From positions 1-64,000 of the forward strand of contig JBAXBA010000007.1 in NCBI GenBank assembly GCA_037142195.1: a stretch of DNA of 64,000 bases, read 5' to 3'. The stretch is from Pseudomonadota bacterium. GTDB lineage: Bacteria; Bdellovibrionota_B; Oligoflexia; Oligoflexales; CAIMVM01. Under the pieces are notes generated by a model. It was given only the letters and a program-made list of their open reading frames with translations, was not told the origin of the DNA and did no database searches. Position numbers and translations under genes: made by a program. Below, one piece after another: positions 22,856 through 32,080 of the stretch. Numbering within the stretch: the stretch's first letter is position 1; each line of letters starts with the position of its first letter.

Positions 22856-23035
22856 TCATGGGCCGGTCCTCCTGATACACGCCTTGTTTCGCAGGCTGGA
22901 TTGCTGCCGACGGGAGGTGGGCATATTAAGCTGTGGATCAAACTCAGGGCAGTAATTGCAGTTCACGCAATAGCAGTGGGTCTTTAGTACTTCGTAGGCC
23001 GCCTCCCAACATCGGGGGCATCTGTAAAATGGCAT
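22856..23035 (-). CDS. Small Cys-rich zinc-ribbon protein, first gene of the tra operon (not in ORF track)
   Basis: MPFYRCPRCWEAAYEVLKTHCYCVNCNYCPEF..., 59 aa, AGGAGG RBS. Confidence 0.7.
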   Translation of the reverse strand: MPFYRCPRCWEAAYEVLKTHCYCVNCNYCPEFDPQLNMPTSRRQQSSLRNKACIRRTGP

Positions 23036-23089
23036 GTTCTTAACCTCCTACTTGTGAGTCTCAGAGTCGATTCTCTACATGTAGGTAGT

Positions 23090-23105
23090 TGCAAGAGCGT
23101 GCCAA
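23090..23105 (-). promoter_or_regulatory. Sigma54-like -24/-12 promoter facing the tra operon (spacer 1 nt shorter than canonical)
   Basis: TTGGCACG-CTC-TTGCA on the minus strand, 55 nt upstream of the first ATG. Confidence 0.5.
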
Positions 23106-23167
23106 CGCATAGGATTAGCGCAAATGATAGGAAGTATCTGTATTAATTTGGAATTTTTCTTGGATTA

Positions 23168-23217
23168 GAGTCTCAATGTGATACTGAGTCTCAGAGAGTA
23201 TCTATCTTGGAGTCTCA
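23168..23217. promoter_or_regulatory. Three GAGTCTCA boxes (candidate activator binding sites)
   Basis: Exact GAGTCTCA at 23168, 23186 and 23210; fourth copy at 23056; dyad GTCTCA-N3-TGATAC. Confidence 0.6.
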
Positions 23218-23703
23218 GATTTCTTGGTATTTTTCTCCAAACTCGATAGGCTTGATTTCTCCTCGCACATAAAGTGGATGTCTGGGGTGACCGTGTTTTG
23301 TAATTCCTAAGCAGTAAGGTGAGTCCAATAATTTTAATACTGCTTTATTTCTTTCGTTGAGTGCTCCGTTTGTTCCCCAAGCAATCAACACTAGTTTACA
23401 ACGGGACTGGAGTTTTATAATCCAGTCATTATTTTCTGGCCCGATAGGGTCATTATTTGGGGCTGAATTAAGTTTACTTGGATCTTTTGATCGATATGCA
23501 AATAGGTTAGCCATGATTAAGCCGCCATACCCCCAGCTCTTTGAAAAATTGATACATCGACATATAGTTCGGTCGTCTTCTACTTCATCTGCGGTCGAGG
23601 GGTTTAGGCCGACGAACATTGCCAAAGGCAAGGCCTCATCCCAAACACGGTAGAGAGCGTATCTATAGACCCTGTCGGCCGAAAAATCAGCTGATTTTTT
23701 CAT
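23215..23703 (-). CDS. DUF1643 family protein
   Basis: YRYALYRVW, FVGLNPSTAD, NLFAYRS, AWG and GHPRHPLY motifs. Confidence 0.88.
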   Translation of the reverse strand: MKKSADFSADRVYRYALYRVWDEALPLAMFVGLNPSTADEVEDDRTICRCINFSKSWGYGGLIMANLFAYRSKDPSKLNSAPNNDPIGPENNDWIIKLQSRCKLVLIAWGTNGALNERNKAVLKLLDSPYCLGITKHGHPRHPLYVRGEIKPIEFGEKYQEI

Positions 23704-23899
23704 AAATATATGCCAATTGAAGTGACAACTAACATTTTATACTCTTAAGCTTCTTCTAATATGGCAAGCTTAGTTCAAAAAGTCTTCATCTATCTTTTAT
23801 GGCGGATTCTTTCAATAGGGTTATATAGCGCCTTAGGCATTCCAAACTGTATTTAGCTATCTCTCTCCCAGTCGACTATGCAAAAAAGGATCTCTTTTT

Positions 23900-25771
23900 C
23901 CCGACTTCGACGGTGAAATGAACAAAAATATATAATATCAGCATGTTAAGTTGTTGCTGGGCACTACATTCTAGATTTTGTAAGGTGTGCTGCTTCTTTC
24001 TAGGTCAAATGCTGCATATATTTCGAGCTGACTTTTGTCGGTTGCGGAGGGAATGACATAGCGATTCTGGGTTGGCTTGTCGATGATCTTGCTAGCTTCT
24101 ACTCTGCGGAGTCGATGCCTCATTTCGTCAATACTGATTACTAGTCCCTTTTTCTTGAGTCTATGAACACTGTGCTTAGCCACAGCATAGGTGAGGTAGC
24201 AAAGACTTATATGAGAGCGAATTCTACGGGGACTCCAGTGATATATGGGTCTCATTTTTAGACTATGTTTGTTGACGCGGAATGCTTCCTCAATTTGCCA
24301 AAGCCCTCGGTAGCGCTCAAGGATCTTTGCAGAATGATCTTCTGAAATATTAGTGATAACACCGTGAAGGCCATCCCAGTTTGCATCATTTTCTACTTTA
24401 TTGAAGTCGATTTCAGCGGATCCGGACTTAATTTTTAAGTACTTTTTTGTTCCGCTGTTGGAAATGACATCCCCGATTTTGATGTCTTCTTTTCCAGGAC
24501 TAACTTTCTTTAATAGACGATCCACCAGTCTTTGACGGTCTGAAGCGTCTTTTTTGGCCCGACTGCTGCTGTAGCTTACAACGAGGGTCTACCTTCATTT
24601 TCAAAATCTCGAACCAAATGAAATTCATTATTTACACAAGTTGCCTTAAACTCAGAGATTAAGATTTCATCCTTTTTCGCTTTTGAAAAGCTCTTGAGCT
24701 TGGCCGCCACAACATACTTGATTTCATGTCTTTCAAGCTCTTCTAAGTTATCCGGTGTAAACATCCCTCGATCAGCAACCAGAGCAATTTGAGAGACTTT
24801 AAAGCTTTCTTTCAACTCTTTAACCACGTGAAGAAGGGTGTGTCCTTCAAAAGTATTGCCTGGAAACAACTGATAGGAAATAGGAAGGCCGTCATGCGTT
24901 GTCACTGGAGCCTACATGACTTGCGACTGATTAAACTTACAGTCCGTGCTAAATTCAAAGTTTCGAAGCTCATCTCGTTCAATGCTTTCGAAGTACAGAG
25001 TAGTGACATCAAAAAACAAAACATCAACTTCTTGGTCAATTATCGCCAAAGTCTTCTGAGCTACCGTTTGTTTGATCTTGCCTTCAATATCTGAAAGTAG
25101 ATCCATCATTCGATAGATCTTTTTTACTGGGATCTTTATATCAAACTCTTCATTCATAAATCGCGAAGTTGCTCTTTTGCTATCGGGCTCGGCAATGCGA
25201 GCAAGTACAGAGGACTGTAAAATATCATTCCACTCTCGGTCTTTTGATGTGCCCTGAACCAATTTATCAAAGCCTAAGTCTTCATAGACCTTGCCGAAAA
25301 TGTCAGAAATCCCTTCATTAAAGCGCTTTTCTTCTTTTAAATTAAATGGATAGACCATTTCATCCCCTAGAGGTAGTTGCCTCTTGCTTGAAGAGTGGAA
25401 TTCAGCAGATTCTAAAATAGGTAGAACAGGCTTAGCGGCATTTTTATTTCTACAATCGCCACTTCGCCTATCCTTTTAAACTCAGCAACCTTTTTTTCCG
25501 AGTAAGGAGTGCCTATATTTCTAACGATTTTCTGACGAACGCTTTTGCCTTCACGAACAGATTAAACAATCTGCACCTGCCAACGCTTTTCATCTTTTTT
25601 CTTTGCTAATACATAAATGCATACATGCATACAAGCTATCGCAGGCCTAAAACAAAGGTCACCCGGGGCAGGACAAAACGCCTGTTTTTGAAAATAAATT
25701 TTTACTCTAAAAATTACAGAAAGTTGCCCAGTCTAAATCACTCAAAAGTTGGGTTGGCTGTCGAAGTCAGG
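23900..25771 (-). mobile_element. IS1634-family insertion sequence, degenerate
   Basis: Terminal IRs CCCGACTTCGACGG / CTGTCGAAGTCAGG enclosing transposase fragments. Confidence 0.85.
23971..25625 (-). pseudogene. IS1634 transposase broken by stops and frameshifts
   Basis: Fragments with FFDVTTLYFE, VADRGM and YRGLWQIEEAFR..K...RPIYHW in different ORFs. Confidence 0.88.
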
Positions 25772-25941
25772 AAAATCACCGGAAGATATTAAAGAAGTTT
25801 GTGATGCTTATGCAGATATGGGCGGAATCAAGACAGAGCTTTCTGGGGTAAATTGTCCTTAGGGATTTGCGATTTTTTTAGATCAAAAACAAAGCCCTCT
25901 GATTAAGAGGGCCTTGCTTTGAAATAAGTTTTAAAATAAAT

Positions 25942-26391
25942 TTAAAAAACAGGTTCGTCATCATTAGCACCCCGACCGATTTTTCGGGATTTTTCCAATT
26001 TTTCTTTGTGCTTAACCGAGTAGCGTGTCCAAGGAGAAAGCTCCAAACGGCGTTTAGGGATAGGTTCTCCAGTTCCTTCGCATAGACCAAATTCCCCGTT
26101 GCCGATTTTGGCAATGGCGTGTTCAATTTCTGCAAGCTGCTGGTTATCCCTGTCAAGTAGGCGTAACGATAAGTTTTGCTCAACTGTAGCTGCTGCCAAA
26201 TCAACTTCGTCCATCATTTCGTTGGAATCGAGTTGAATCGTTCCAGCATTAAGAGTGGATTTAGTTTTTTCCAACAATTTATCTTTTTCGTCCACTAAGA
26301 CTTTCAAGAAAGCTATGAGTTCTTCTTTAGAAAAAAACTCGTTTTCAGCGATATCAAAGTCGGTAGAATCAAATTCTTTTTTGTTACCCAA
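25942..26391 (-). CDS. dksA: DksA/TraR family transcription factor, single-Cys variant
   Basis: DEVDLA coiled-coil tip; GEFGLCEGTGEPIPKRRLELSPWTRYS; probable TTG start after GGAG. Confidence 0.85.
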   Translation of the reverse strand: MGNKKEFDSTDFDIAENEFFSKEELIAFLKVLVDEKDKLLEKTKSTLNAGTIQLDSNEMMDEVDLAAATVEQNLSLRLLDRDNQQLAEIEHAIAKIGNGEFGLCEGTGEPIPKRRLELSPWTRYSVKHKEKLEKSRKIGRGANDDEPVF

Positions 26392-26629
26392 GGCAAACTC
26401 CAAAAATTTTCCCCGGCCCTTACTTGGCCAAGCCAAGGCCAAAACCTTGAGCAAAGTGACCAGGCACTATATCTCTAGGGAAAGGTTATTACAAGTGCCA
26501 AAGGGAGACGAAATTAGAGCCCGCATAGAATCACTATTTGGTTTTTATATCAGTTGGTTGCAGCCAATTTTTTTCCTCTAGCGTACATGTTTTTAAGCAT
26601 TCGTGGCAGGATATCGAGCGCTAAATTAT

Positions 26630-26796
26630 CCCGACTTCGACGGTGAAATGAACAAAAATAAAGTCAGCTCGAAATATATACAGCAATTGAGCTAGAAAGA
26701 AGCAGCACACCTTACAAAATCTAAAATGTAGTGCCCCAGCAAAAACTTAACTTACTGATATTATTTATTTTTGTCCATTTCACTGTCGAAGTCGGG
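26630..26796. mobile_element. MITE-like element built from two copies of the IS1634 right end
   Basis: ~31-bp terminal IRs; 26661-26796 is a diverged reverse complement of 23900-24035. Confidence 0.8.
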
Positions 26797-27001
26797 AGGT
26801 ACTTTCCGTCCTTTTTTTCGGCGAGACGATATTTTTTTCCTGATTTGCATACACCCATAACATCATAGTCACTGAATTTGGTTTATGTGCCAGCCGCCCT
26901 TGAACCATAGGGAAAAACTGTGTGGCAGCGATAGGTCGTGACTAGCTTTTCTACAAGAAAGCACAGAACTGGATTTGAAGAATAAGATTCATTGTGTTTC
27001 A

Positions 27002-28381
27002 TTAGGTCAGCTCCTGACTGTTGATTCGAGATTTCACCAAGCCAAGATCTTTTGCTCGGCGAAAGAAAGTGGCTCTTGAAATACCGAGCAATTTGGCTGC
27101 TTCAACGCGACTCCCTCGGGTTTTAATAATTGCCTTTTCGTATCGCTCACGCTCGCTCATTACGATTGAAGCACCATAGCTACCAACAAGTGCTCTCGCC
27201 GCTGCGGCGGTGAATATGGTGTTAGCCTCAGGAAGTGTATGATAGATATCCTTCTCGCGAATAACTGCACTGTCACTATTCGCTAAACTCTCAACGACTG
27301 CCTTGAGTTGTCGAACATTTCCTGGCCAGGAATATGACTGAAGTAGTCTCATTGCCTCAGGAGTAACCATAGGTCGCTTGGGTTTTGATATCATGCCAAG
27401 AAAATAGTGAACTAACTCGGGAATGTCTTCGACCCGCTCGCGCAGGGATGGAATACGAATGATGTCTTTGGCAACGCGGTAATATAAATCCTCGCGAAAT
27501 TTGCCGCCTTTTACTGCTTCTTCAAGATTTACATGGGTCGCGGCGATACATCGGAAACTTACGTCCTTTTCCTTGTGAGTGCCAACAGGCTGAACTTTGC
27601 GTTCTTGTAAAACTCTCAACAATTTAGCTTGTTGCGCAAGTGGTAACTCTCCGATTTCATCGAGAAACACAAAACCACCGCCGGCAGCTTCAAATGCTCC
27701 AACTCGATCCCTTTCTGCCCCTGTGAATGCGCCTCTGACATGGCCAAAGAATTCAGACTCGGCCAAGCCATCACTAACCGCTCCACAGTGAATGACGACA
27801 AAACGTCTTGCAGGGTCCGCTTCAAAGGCAATACTTTGGGCAACCAGCTCCTTTCCGGTGCCGGTCTCGCCTTGGAGCAGCACATCTTTAGTGCCGCCCT
27901 TAATTGCGCGAGCGATGTCACTACGGAGCTTCTGCATTTGGGGTGAGCCCCCAATCAAGGGGGTTTTACTTTTTTGAGTAAGATGCTCTGAAGCACGACG
28001 ACGAGTCTCTCGATCCTGCAAGGCTCGATCGACAGCCTGCCGAATCTCTTCTACGCTAGACATTTTTGGGACAAACTGGGCAACACCTGCATTAAATATC
28101 TCTATTAGCCGCTTGTGATCGGTTTCACCGCTGATTACAATCACATCCGTTTCGCGATCGATAGAGTGTATCTTTCGGAAAATGTCCAAGCCACTCCGTG
28201 AATCTCCTTCGAAATTCAAGTCTAATAGAACTACATCATAGAAATGGCTGCTGACAGCTTGGAGCCCTTGATCAATCGTTTCATAGGTATCTACATCGCA
28301 GGAGCCTTCCAGAATCATCGGAACTTGCTCTAGCCATGTGGGATCGTCATCAATCACAAGAATTCGTGGTTTTCTGTTCAT
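27002..28381 (-). CDS. NtrC-family sigma54-dependent response regulator
   Basis: REC domain, [39 protein letters not shown]-terminal Fis-type HTH. Confidence 0.95.
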   Translation of the reverse strand: MNRKPRILVIDDDPTWLEQVPMILEGSCDVDTYETIDQGLQAVSSHFYDVVLLDLNFEGDSRSGLDIFRKIHSIDRETDVIVISGETDHKRLIEIFNAGVAQFVPKMSSVEEIRQAVDRALQDRETRRRASEHLTQKSKTPLIGGSPQMQKLRSDIARAIKGGTKDVLLQGETGTGKELVAQSIAFEADPARRFVVIHCGAVSDGLAESEFFGHVRGAFTGAERDRVGAFEAAGGGFVFLDEIGELPLAQQAKLLRVLQERKVQPVGTHKEKDVSFRCIAATHVNLEEAVKGGKFREDLYYRVAKDIIRIPSLRERVEDIPELVHYFLGMISKPKRPMVTPEAMRLLQSYSWPGNVRQLKAVVESLANSDSAVIREKDIYHTLPEANTIFTAAAARALVGSYGASIVMSERERYEKAIIKTRGSRVEAAKLLGISRATFFRRAKDLGLVKSRINSQELT

Positions 28382-28794
28382 ATTTCACCACCAGGCGGCA
28401 TGAAGGGACGTCTCCAATAGTGTGGGCTAAGGTTATCCAAAGTAATAGTCATGGCCTTAGTACTATCGCTCCCTTGAGGAACTGCTACCTCGACACCGCC
28501 TCCCCAAAACCAAAGCCGTTCTTGGCAGACCCCACAAGGGCTTAAAATATGACACTTCTCTTTGTCATCAAAAGAAATGCAAACAGAAAGCGCAACTTGC
28601 TTTCCCTTTTTATAAGCTTCGCAAATTCCACCGGTTTCATGGCATAGAGAAACCGATTCATTGACTGTTTCAGGAGAGGTTGAAATCAATATCTCTCCAT
28701 CCTTGCAAAGGATGGCGGCAGCGCCTTTCCAGGTGGTGTCGGCAAATCTGCTTTTGACAAATGACTTCGCTTCACTGATCAAATTCTCAATCAT
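28378..28794 (-). CDS. Cytidine deaminase-like protein
   Basis: SLCHE...LSPCGVCQERL zinc motifs of the tetrameric CDA/blasticidin-S deaminase type. Confidence 0.85.
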   Translation of the reverse strand: MIENLISEAKSFVKSRFADTTWKGAAAILCKDGEILISTSPETVNESVSLCHETGGICEAYKKGKQVALSVCISFDDKEKCHILSPCGVCQERLWFWGGGVEVAVPQGSDSTKAMTITLDNLSPHYWRRPFMPPGGEI

Positions 28795-30145
28795 ATATCA
28801 CTCCATCTCCCTGAAACCTTTTTGGTAGTCCAAATACAAAATTGGCTCCTCCCAAATCTTTTGACTGCCCTGCTTGGATGTAACCGCCATGCCCGCGAAC
28901 TATTTTGCCGGTAATATAGAGGCCAAGACCTGCCCCATTCGCTTTGGTCGATCTTGTAGGCTTAAAGAGGGGCTCGATGTCAGCGGGCAGGCCGGGGCCG
29001 GAATCTTCTACACAGACCTGGACTAGTCTCTCATCTGTCCTAAGCACTGAAACCCGCACTTCTCGAACGGCTTCTGACTCAATGCTTACAGGAATTGCAT
29101 CAATACCGTTTCGGATCAGATTGGCTAGTGCCCTTTCTAATTGAACAGGATCGTGAGGAACGTCTATTTTTTCACCACGTAGGCGAAAATCGATATTAAC
29201 TCCCTTATTTTTTGCCTGGTCGCGATTCGCATCAATGGCCCCTTCAATTGTCTGGCTTAAATTATTAGAAGCTGAGTGAATAGGAATTTCTCTGCTGCCA
29301 TCGAGTGTAAGTTCAATAATTCGCTTCATTTTTGGAAGGTTAGTTGCACTCGCTCGGTAGAGAGCCTCTAGTCGCTCACTTCTTTTCTCAAGATCGTTTT
29401 GCTTTTCCTTCACCAACTCGGTAGCGGTTAGCAAGGAGTGCAGAAATGTCCTGATGTCGTGAACTACACCTTTTGCAAGCATCGCAAAGACAGCCTGCTC
29501 GCGTGCATCAAATGACTCTGCAAGGCTTCTTGCTATCTCTTTTAACTCATCGGGCCAATGGTCAGGGATGTTGCTTCTTCGCTCAGCGGCATTGACCAGG
29601 GAATTGATTGGTTCAATAACAAATCGCCGCAAAAACATTCGTTGAAGGATAAGTCCAGTTACCAGGGCGAGGAATATAGGAATTGCGCTCCACATGAGCA
29701 AGAATAGATTTAGAAACGACCATAGCGGCCTCAATGGCTGTCCTAAAGCGATATACGCCCCTGTATCTGTGTGGGGAACTTTCCGATAGAACTCAATCTT
29801 ACCAGCTCGCAAATGATAGCAGCTCTCTTCTTTCGGTGCCCCGCATGTAGCCTGGTCGCTTACAATCTGAATTGAATCCAATGTCAATTGTTGCTTAAGA
29901 AGCTGAAGTACGGGCTCTAAAGAGCCGTTTTCAGCCAATATAATTTCGGCAGAAGCACGACGCGCAGCGATTATTGATTTCTGCTCTAGATCTGACGCCA
30001 GCCGCTCTTTGCTATTTTGGTAGTCAAGCCAGCCAAGCAGGACAAAAACGATTAAACTCGCAACGATGGCGAGAACACCTGGTCCTATCCAGGAAAGAAG
30101 GACATAGTCGCGAAGGCGGCGACGATATTTGCGGATTCCTATCAC
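28787..30145 (-). CDS. Sensor histidine kinase
   Basis: Two TM segments, HDIR H-box, NLIRNG, EDSGPG, GAGLGL. Confidence 0.93.
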   Translation of the reverse strand: MIGIRKYRRRLRDYVLLSWIGPGVLAIVASLIVFVLLGWLDYQNSKERLASDLEQKSIIAARRASAEIILAENGSLEPVLQLLKQQLTLDSIQIVSDQATCGAPKEESCYHLRAGKIEFYRKVPHTDTGAYIALGQPLRPLWSFLNLFLLMWSAIPIFLALVTGLILQRMFLRRFVIEPINSLVNAAERRSNIPDHWPDELKEIARSLAESFDAREQAVFAMLAKGVVHDIRTFLHSLLTATELVKEKQNDLEKRSERLEALYRASATNLPKMKRIIELTLDGSREIPIHSASNNLSQTIEGAIDANRDQAKNKGVNIDFRLRGEKIDVPHDPVQLERALANLIRNGIDAIPVSIESEAVREVRVSVLRTDERLVQVCVEDSGPGLPADIEPLFKPTRSTKANGAGLGLYITGKIVRGHGGYIQAGQSKDLGGANFVFGLPKRFQGDGVIYD

Positions 30146-31294
30146 CTATAGACCCCTACTTGTTTTAAGAAATGAAATGTTTCCATTTTCAAGGTTGTAA
30201 ATACTGGTTCCCCAGGGCGCGGAATAAAGCTTCCGTCCCACTTTCTTGAAGCCAGCAACAAACTCAGTGCTATTTTCTGGCTTAGAGTCGCACAATAGTT
30301 GAGCAGTCGAATCAAAGACTCGAAGAATCGCGATGGCAGAGCTGCTGCCGTAAGTGTCTGCCGGGCCAGCTTTCAAAATCTCTTTGCCTATTGAGAAAGT
30401 TTTCAAAGAAGCATCAATCGACGGATTTCCCCGAACAGTGAAACCAGCAGTACTTCCGATGTCCTCGCGATTTTGAACAAATCCAAACCTAGAATTGCCC
30501 CAGCCATCGCCCCCAACAAAAAAAGCATTGGGTAAAGCAAGATGAATTGCGGAGATTAGATGACTTGTGACGATTGAGTAGTTAGGTAAAAGAACGAATG
30601 ACGGTTTGTATTTTGAAAGTTCAGCAATGATAGGAGCCATATTCGGAGCATCGCCCACAATAGAAATTTCTCCGGATTTCTTTAAACCTAAAGAAGTAGC
30701 TCGCACGTCGAAATGCTTTGCGAAGTCCTTGCATGAAAGGCAGTCCGCGCTGACTATCGAAACATAGGCTTTAGAAGATTTGGGGTTAATACGAATCGCA
30801 GCTTCTTCAGCGGCCGTGTGCGCCATTGCCGAGTTGGGTGGTGCTAGGCTAAGATGAAGACTTCCCAAGGTGGATACTTCATCCGAGGAAGCCATAAGAC
30901 TAACTGACGGCACATTTGGCGCACCTTTAGCAAGTAGCAGATAGTGGTTGCTCCGGCGGGGGCCAACAATCATCCAAGCACCTTCCTTTGTCGATTTTTC
31001 GGCGTGCTCTCTTGCCTGAATGGGGTCACTTGCGCCGTAGAACGAAGCTGTTGGCGAGATCTCAAATCCACATGAGCTTAATCTTTGGGCTGTAAGTTCT
31101 TTGCCCTTAGCAATCGCAGATTCGTATTCTTGCTGGAATCTTTGAGACGAGGTTGTATCTTTTGGATCCAAGGCTTCTATAAAAACTAGCTTTACTTTCG
31201 TAGGAGTTTGCAAATTAGCCAAAGCTCTTTTGCCGAAATAACAGGTGGCTAGAAGGATCAATCCAAGACTTTTAATCATGAAATTTTCCGCCAT
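30146..31294 (-). CDS. Type I periplasmic binding protein (LIV-like)
   Basis: Signal peptide; IVGPRRS, SLMASS and VGGDGWG motifs; no ABC permease nearby. Confidence 0.8.
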   Translation of the reverse strand: MAENFMIKSLGLILLATCYFGKRALANLQTPTKVKLVFIEALDPKDTTSSQRFQQEYESAIAKGKELTAQRLSSCGFEISPTASFYGASDPIQAREHAEKSTKEGAWMIVGPRRSNHYLLLAKGAPNVPSVSLMASSDEVSTLGSLHLSLAPPNSAMAHTAAEEAAIRINPKSSKAYVSIVSADCLSCKDFAKHFDVRATSLGLKKSGEISIVGDAPNMAPIIAELSKYKPSFVLLPNYSIVTSHLISAIHLALPNAFFVGGDGWGNSRFGFVQNREDIGSTAGFTVRGNPSIDASLKTFSIGKEILKAGPADTYGSSSAIAILRVFDSTAQLLCDSKPENSTEFVAGFKKVGRKLYSAPWGTSIYNLENGNISFLKTSRGL

Positions 31295-31656
31295 ACGATA
31301 GTAGCTTTACCGTAAGACTCCTGCGGAGTGGTGATGGTCAACAGGTCGCCGTTTAGGGAAGCGAAGCGAACCATCTGTTTACCCACTCGGGATGAATTTG
31401 AAGCCAAGGTCACCTGATGGCGGATGCAGTTCTCTTCTAGCAAGTAGGTACCGGCGTAAAACAGGATTGAATCAATAAGATCATTTTCGGGGTTCCCGGT
31501 GCTGACGATGTCTTTATTGATTGCGACACTGACATGGCCGGTCGCCGAGTAAATTAACAGGCCGCGAGCATTAGTGCCCCACGGACGCTTCCCTTTTTCG
31601 GGGCTGTCGATCTCGAACGACTCAAGCTCCCAAGATCCGATTGGATTCAGATTCAT
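31276..31656 (-). CDS. Lipocalin-like domain protein (Lipocalin_5 type)
   Basis: IGSWELESF...GLLIYSATG...FYAGTY...H...VGKQMVR...IVWRK; no signal peptide. Confidence 0.82.
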   Translation of the reverse strand: MNLNPIGSWELESFEIDSPEKGKRPWGTNARGLLIYSATGHVSVAINKDIVSTGNPENDLIDSILFYAGTYLLEENCIRHQVTLASNSSRVGKQMVRFASLNGDLLTITTPQESYGKATIVWRKIS

Positions 31657-31742
31657 TCTATTGCTCCGTATAAAAGTCTCGACACGCTATGTATATTTGA
31701 TATCTTACACTTGTCAAGTCCCAGTATTTATATGAGATTCAA

Positions 31743-31767
31743 GTATCGTCTTGAGACTTGAGTCTCA
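31743..31767. promoter_or_regulatory. TGAGAC/GTCTCA dyad cluster upstream of the signalling operon
   Basis: GTATCG-TCT-TGAGAC-TTGA-GTCTCA; same motif as 23168-23217. Confidence 0.55.
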
Positions 31768-31849
31768 TAGCTCTAAACCAGTCAATTACTTCGTGTTTAC
31801 TTGTCATTGATTGTCGTGGACAATAACTCATAGGCCCTCGCTGGAGATA

Positions 31850-32080
31850 ATGATGGCACCTGAAGAGCGCTGGCTTTCGGGCGAGGAAATTGCTGTGCAC
31901 ATGGGCGTTTCTAAGGAAACTGTCTATCGCTGGCTGGATTGTGGAACGATCCGCGCTCTCACCGCATTGGGAAGCTGTGGGGGTTCAAAACTTCAGAAAT
32001 GGGCGAGTGGGTCAGGAATGGCGGCGCCGCAGAACCCGCTAGTCGCAGTGAGAAAGGAGGTGGGCGTAAATGGTTCTTAA
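31850..32080 (+). pseudogene. Excisionase-like HTH_17 protein, frameshifted
   Basis: RWLSGEEIAVHMGVSKETVYRW continues as HRIGKLWGFKTSE in another frame near 31957. Confidence 0.78.

Noticed and set aside
23056..23217. GAGTCTCA repeats as a CRISPR array or iterons
   Set aside because: Too short and irregularly spaced; no cas genes in the window
23890..25780. Target site duplication around the IS1634
   Set aside because: Flanks (TTTTT / AAAAT) are not direct repeats
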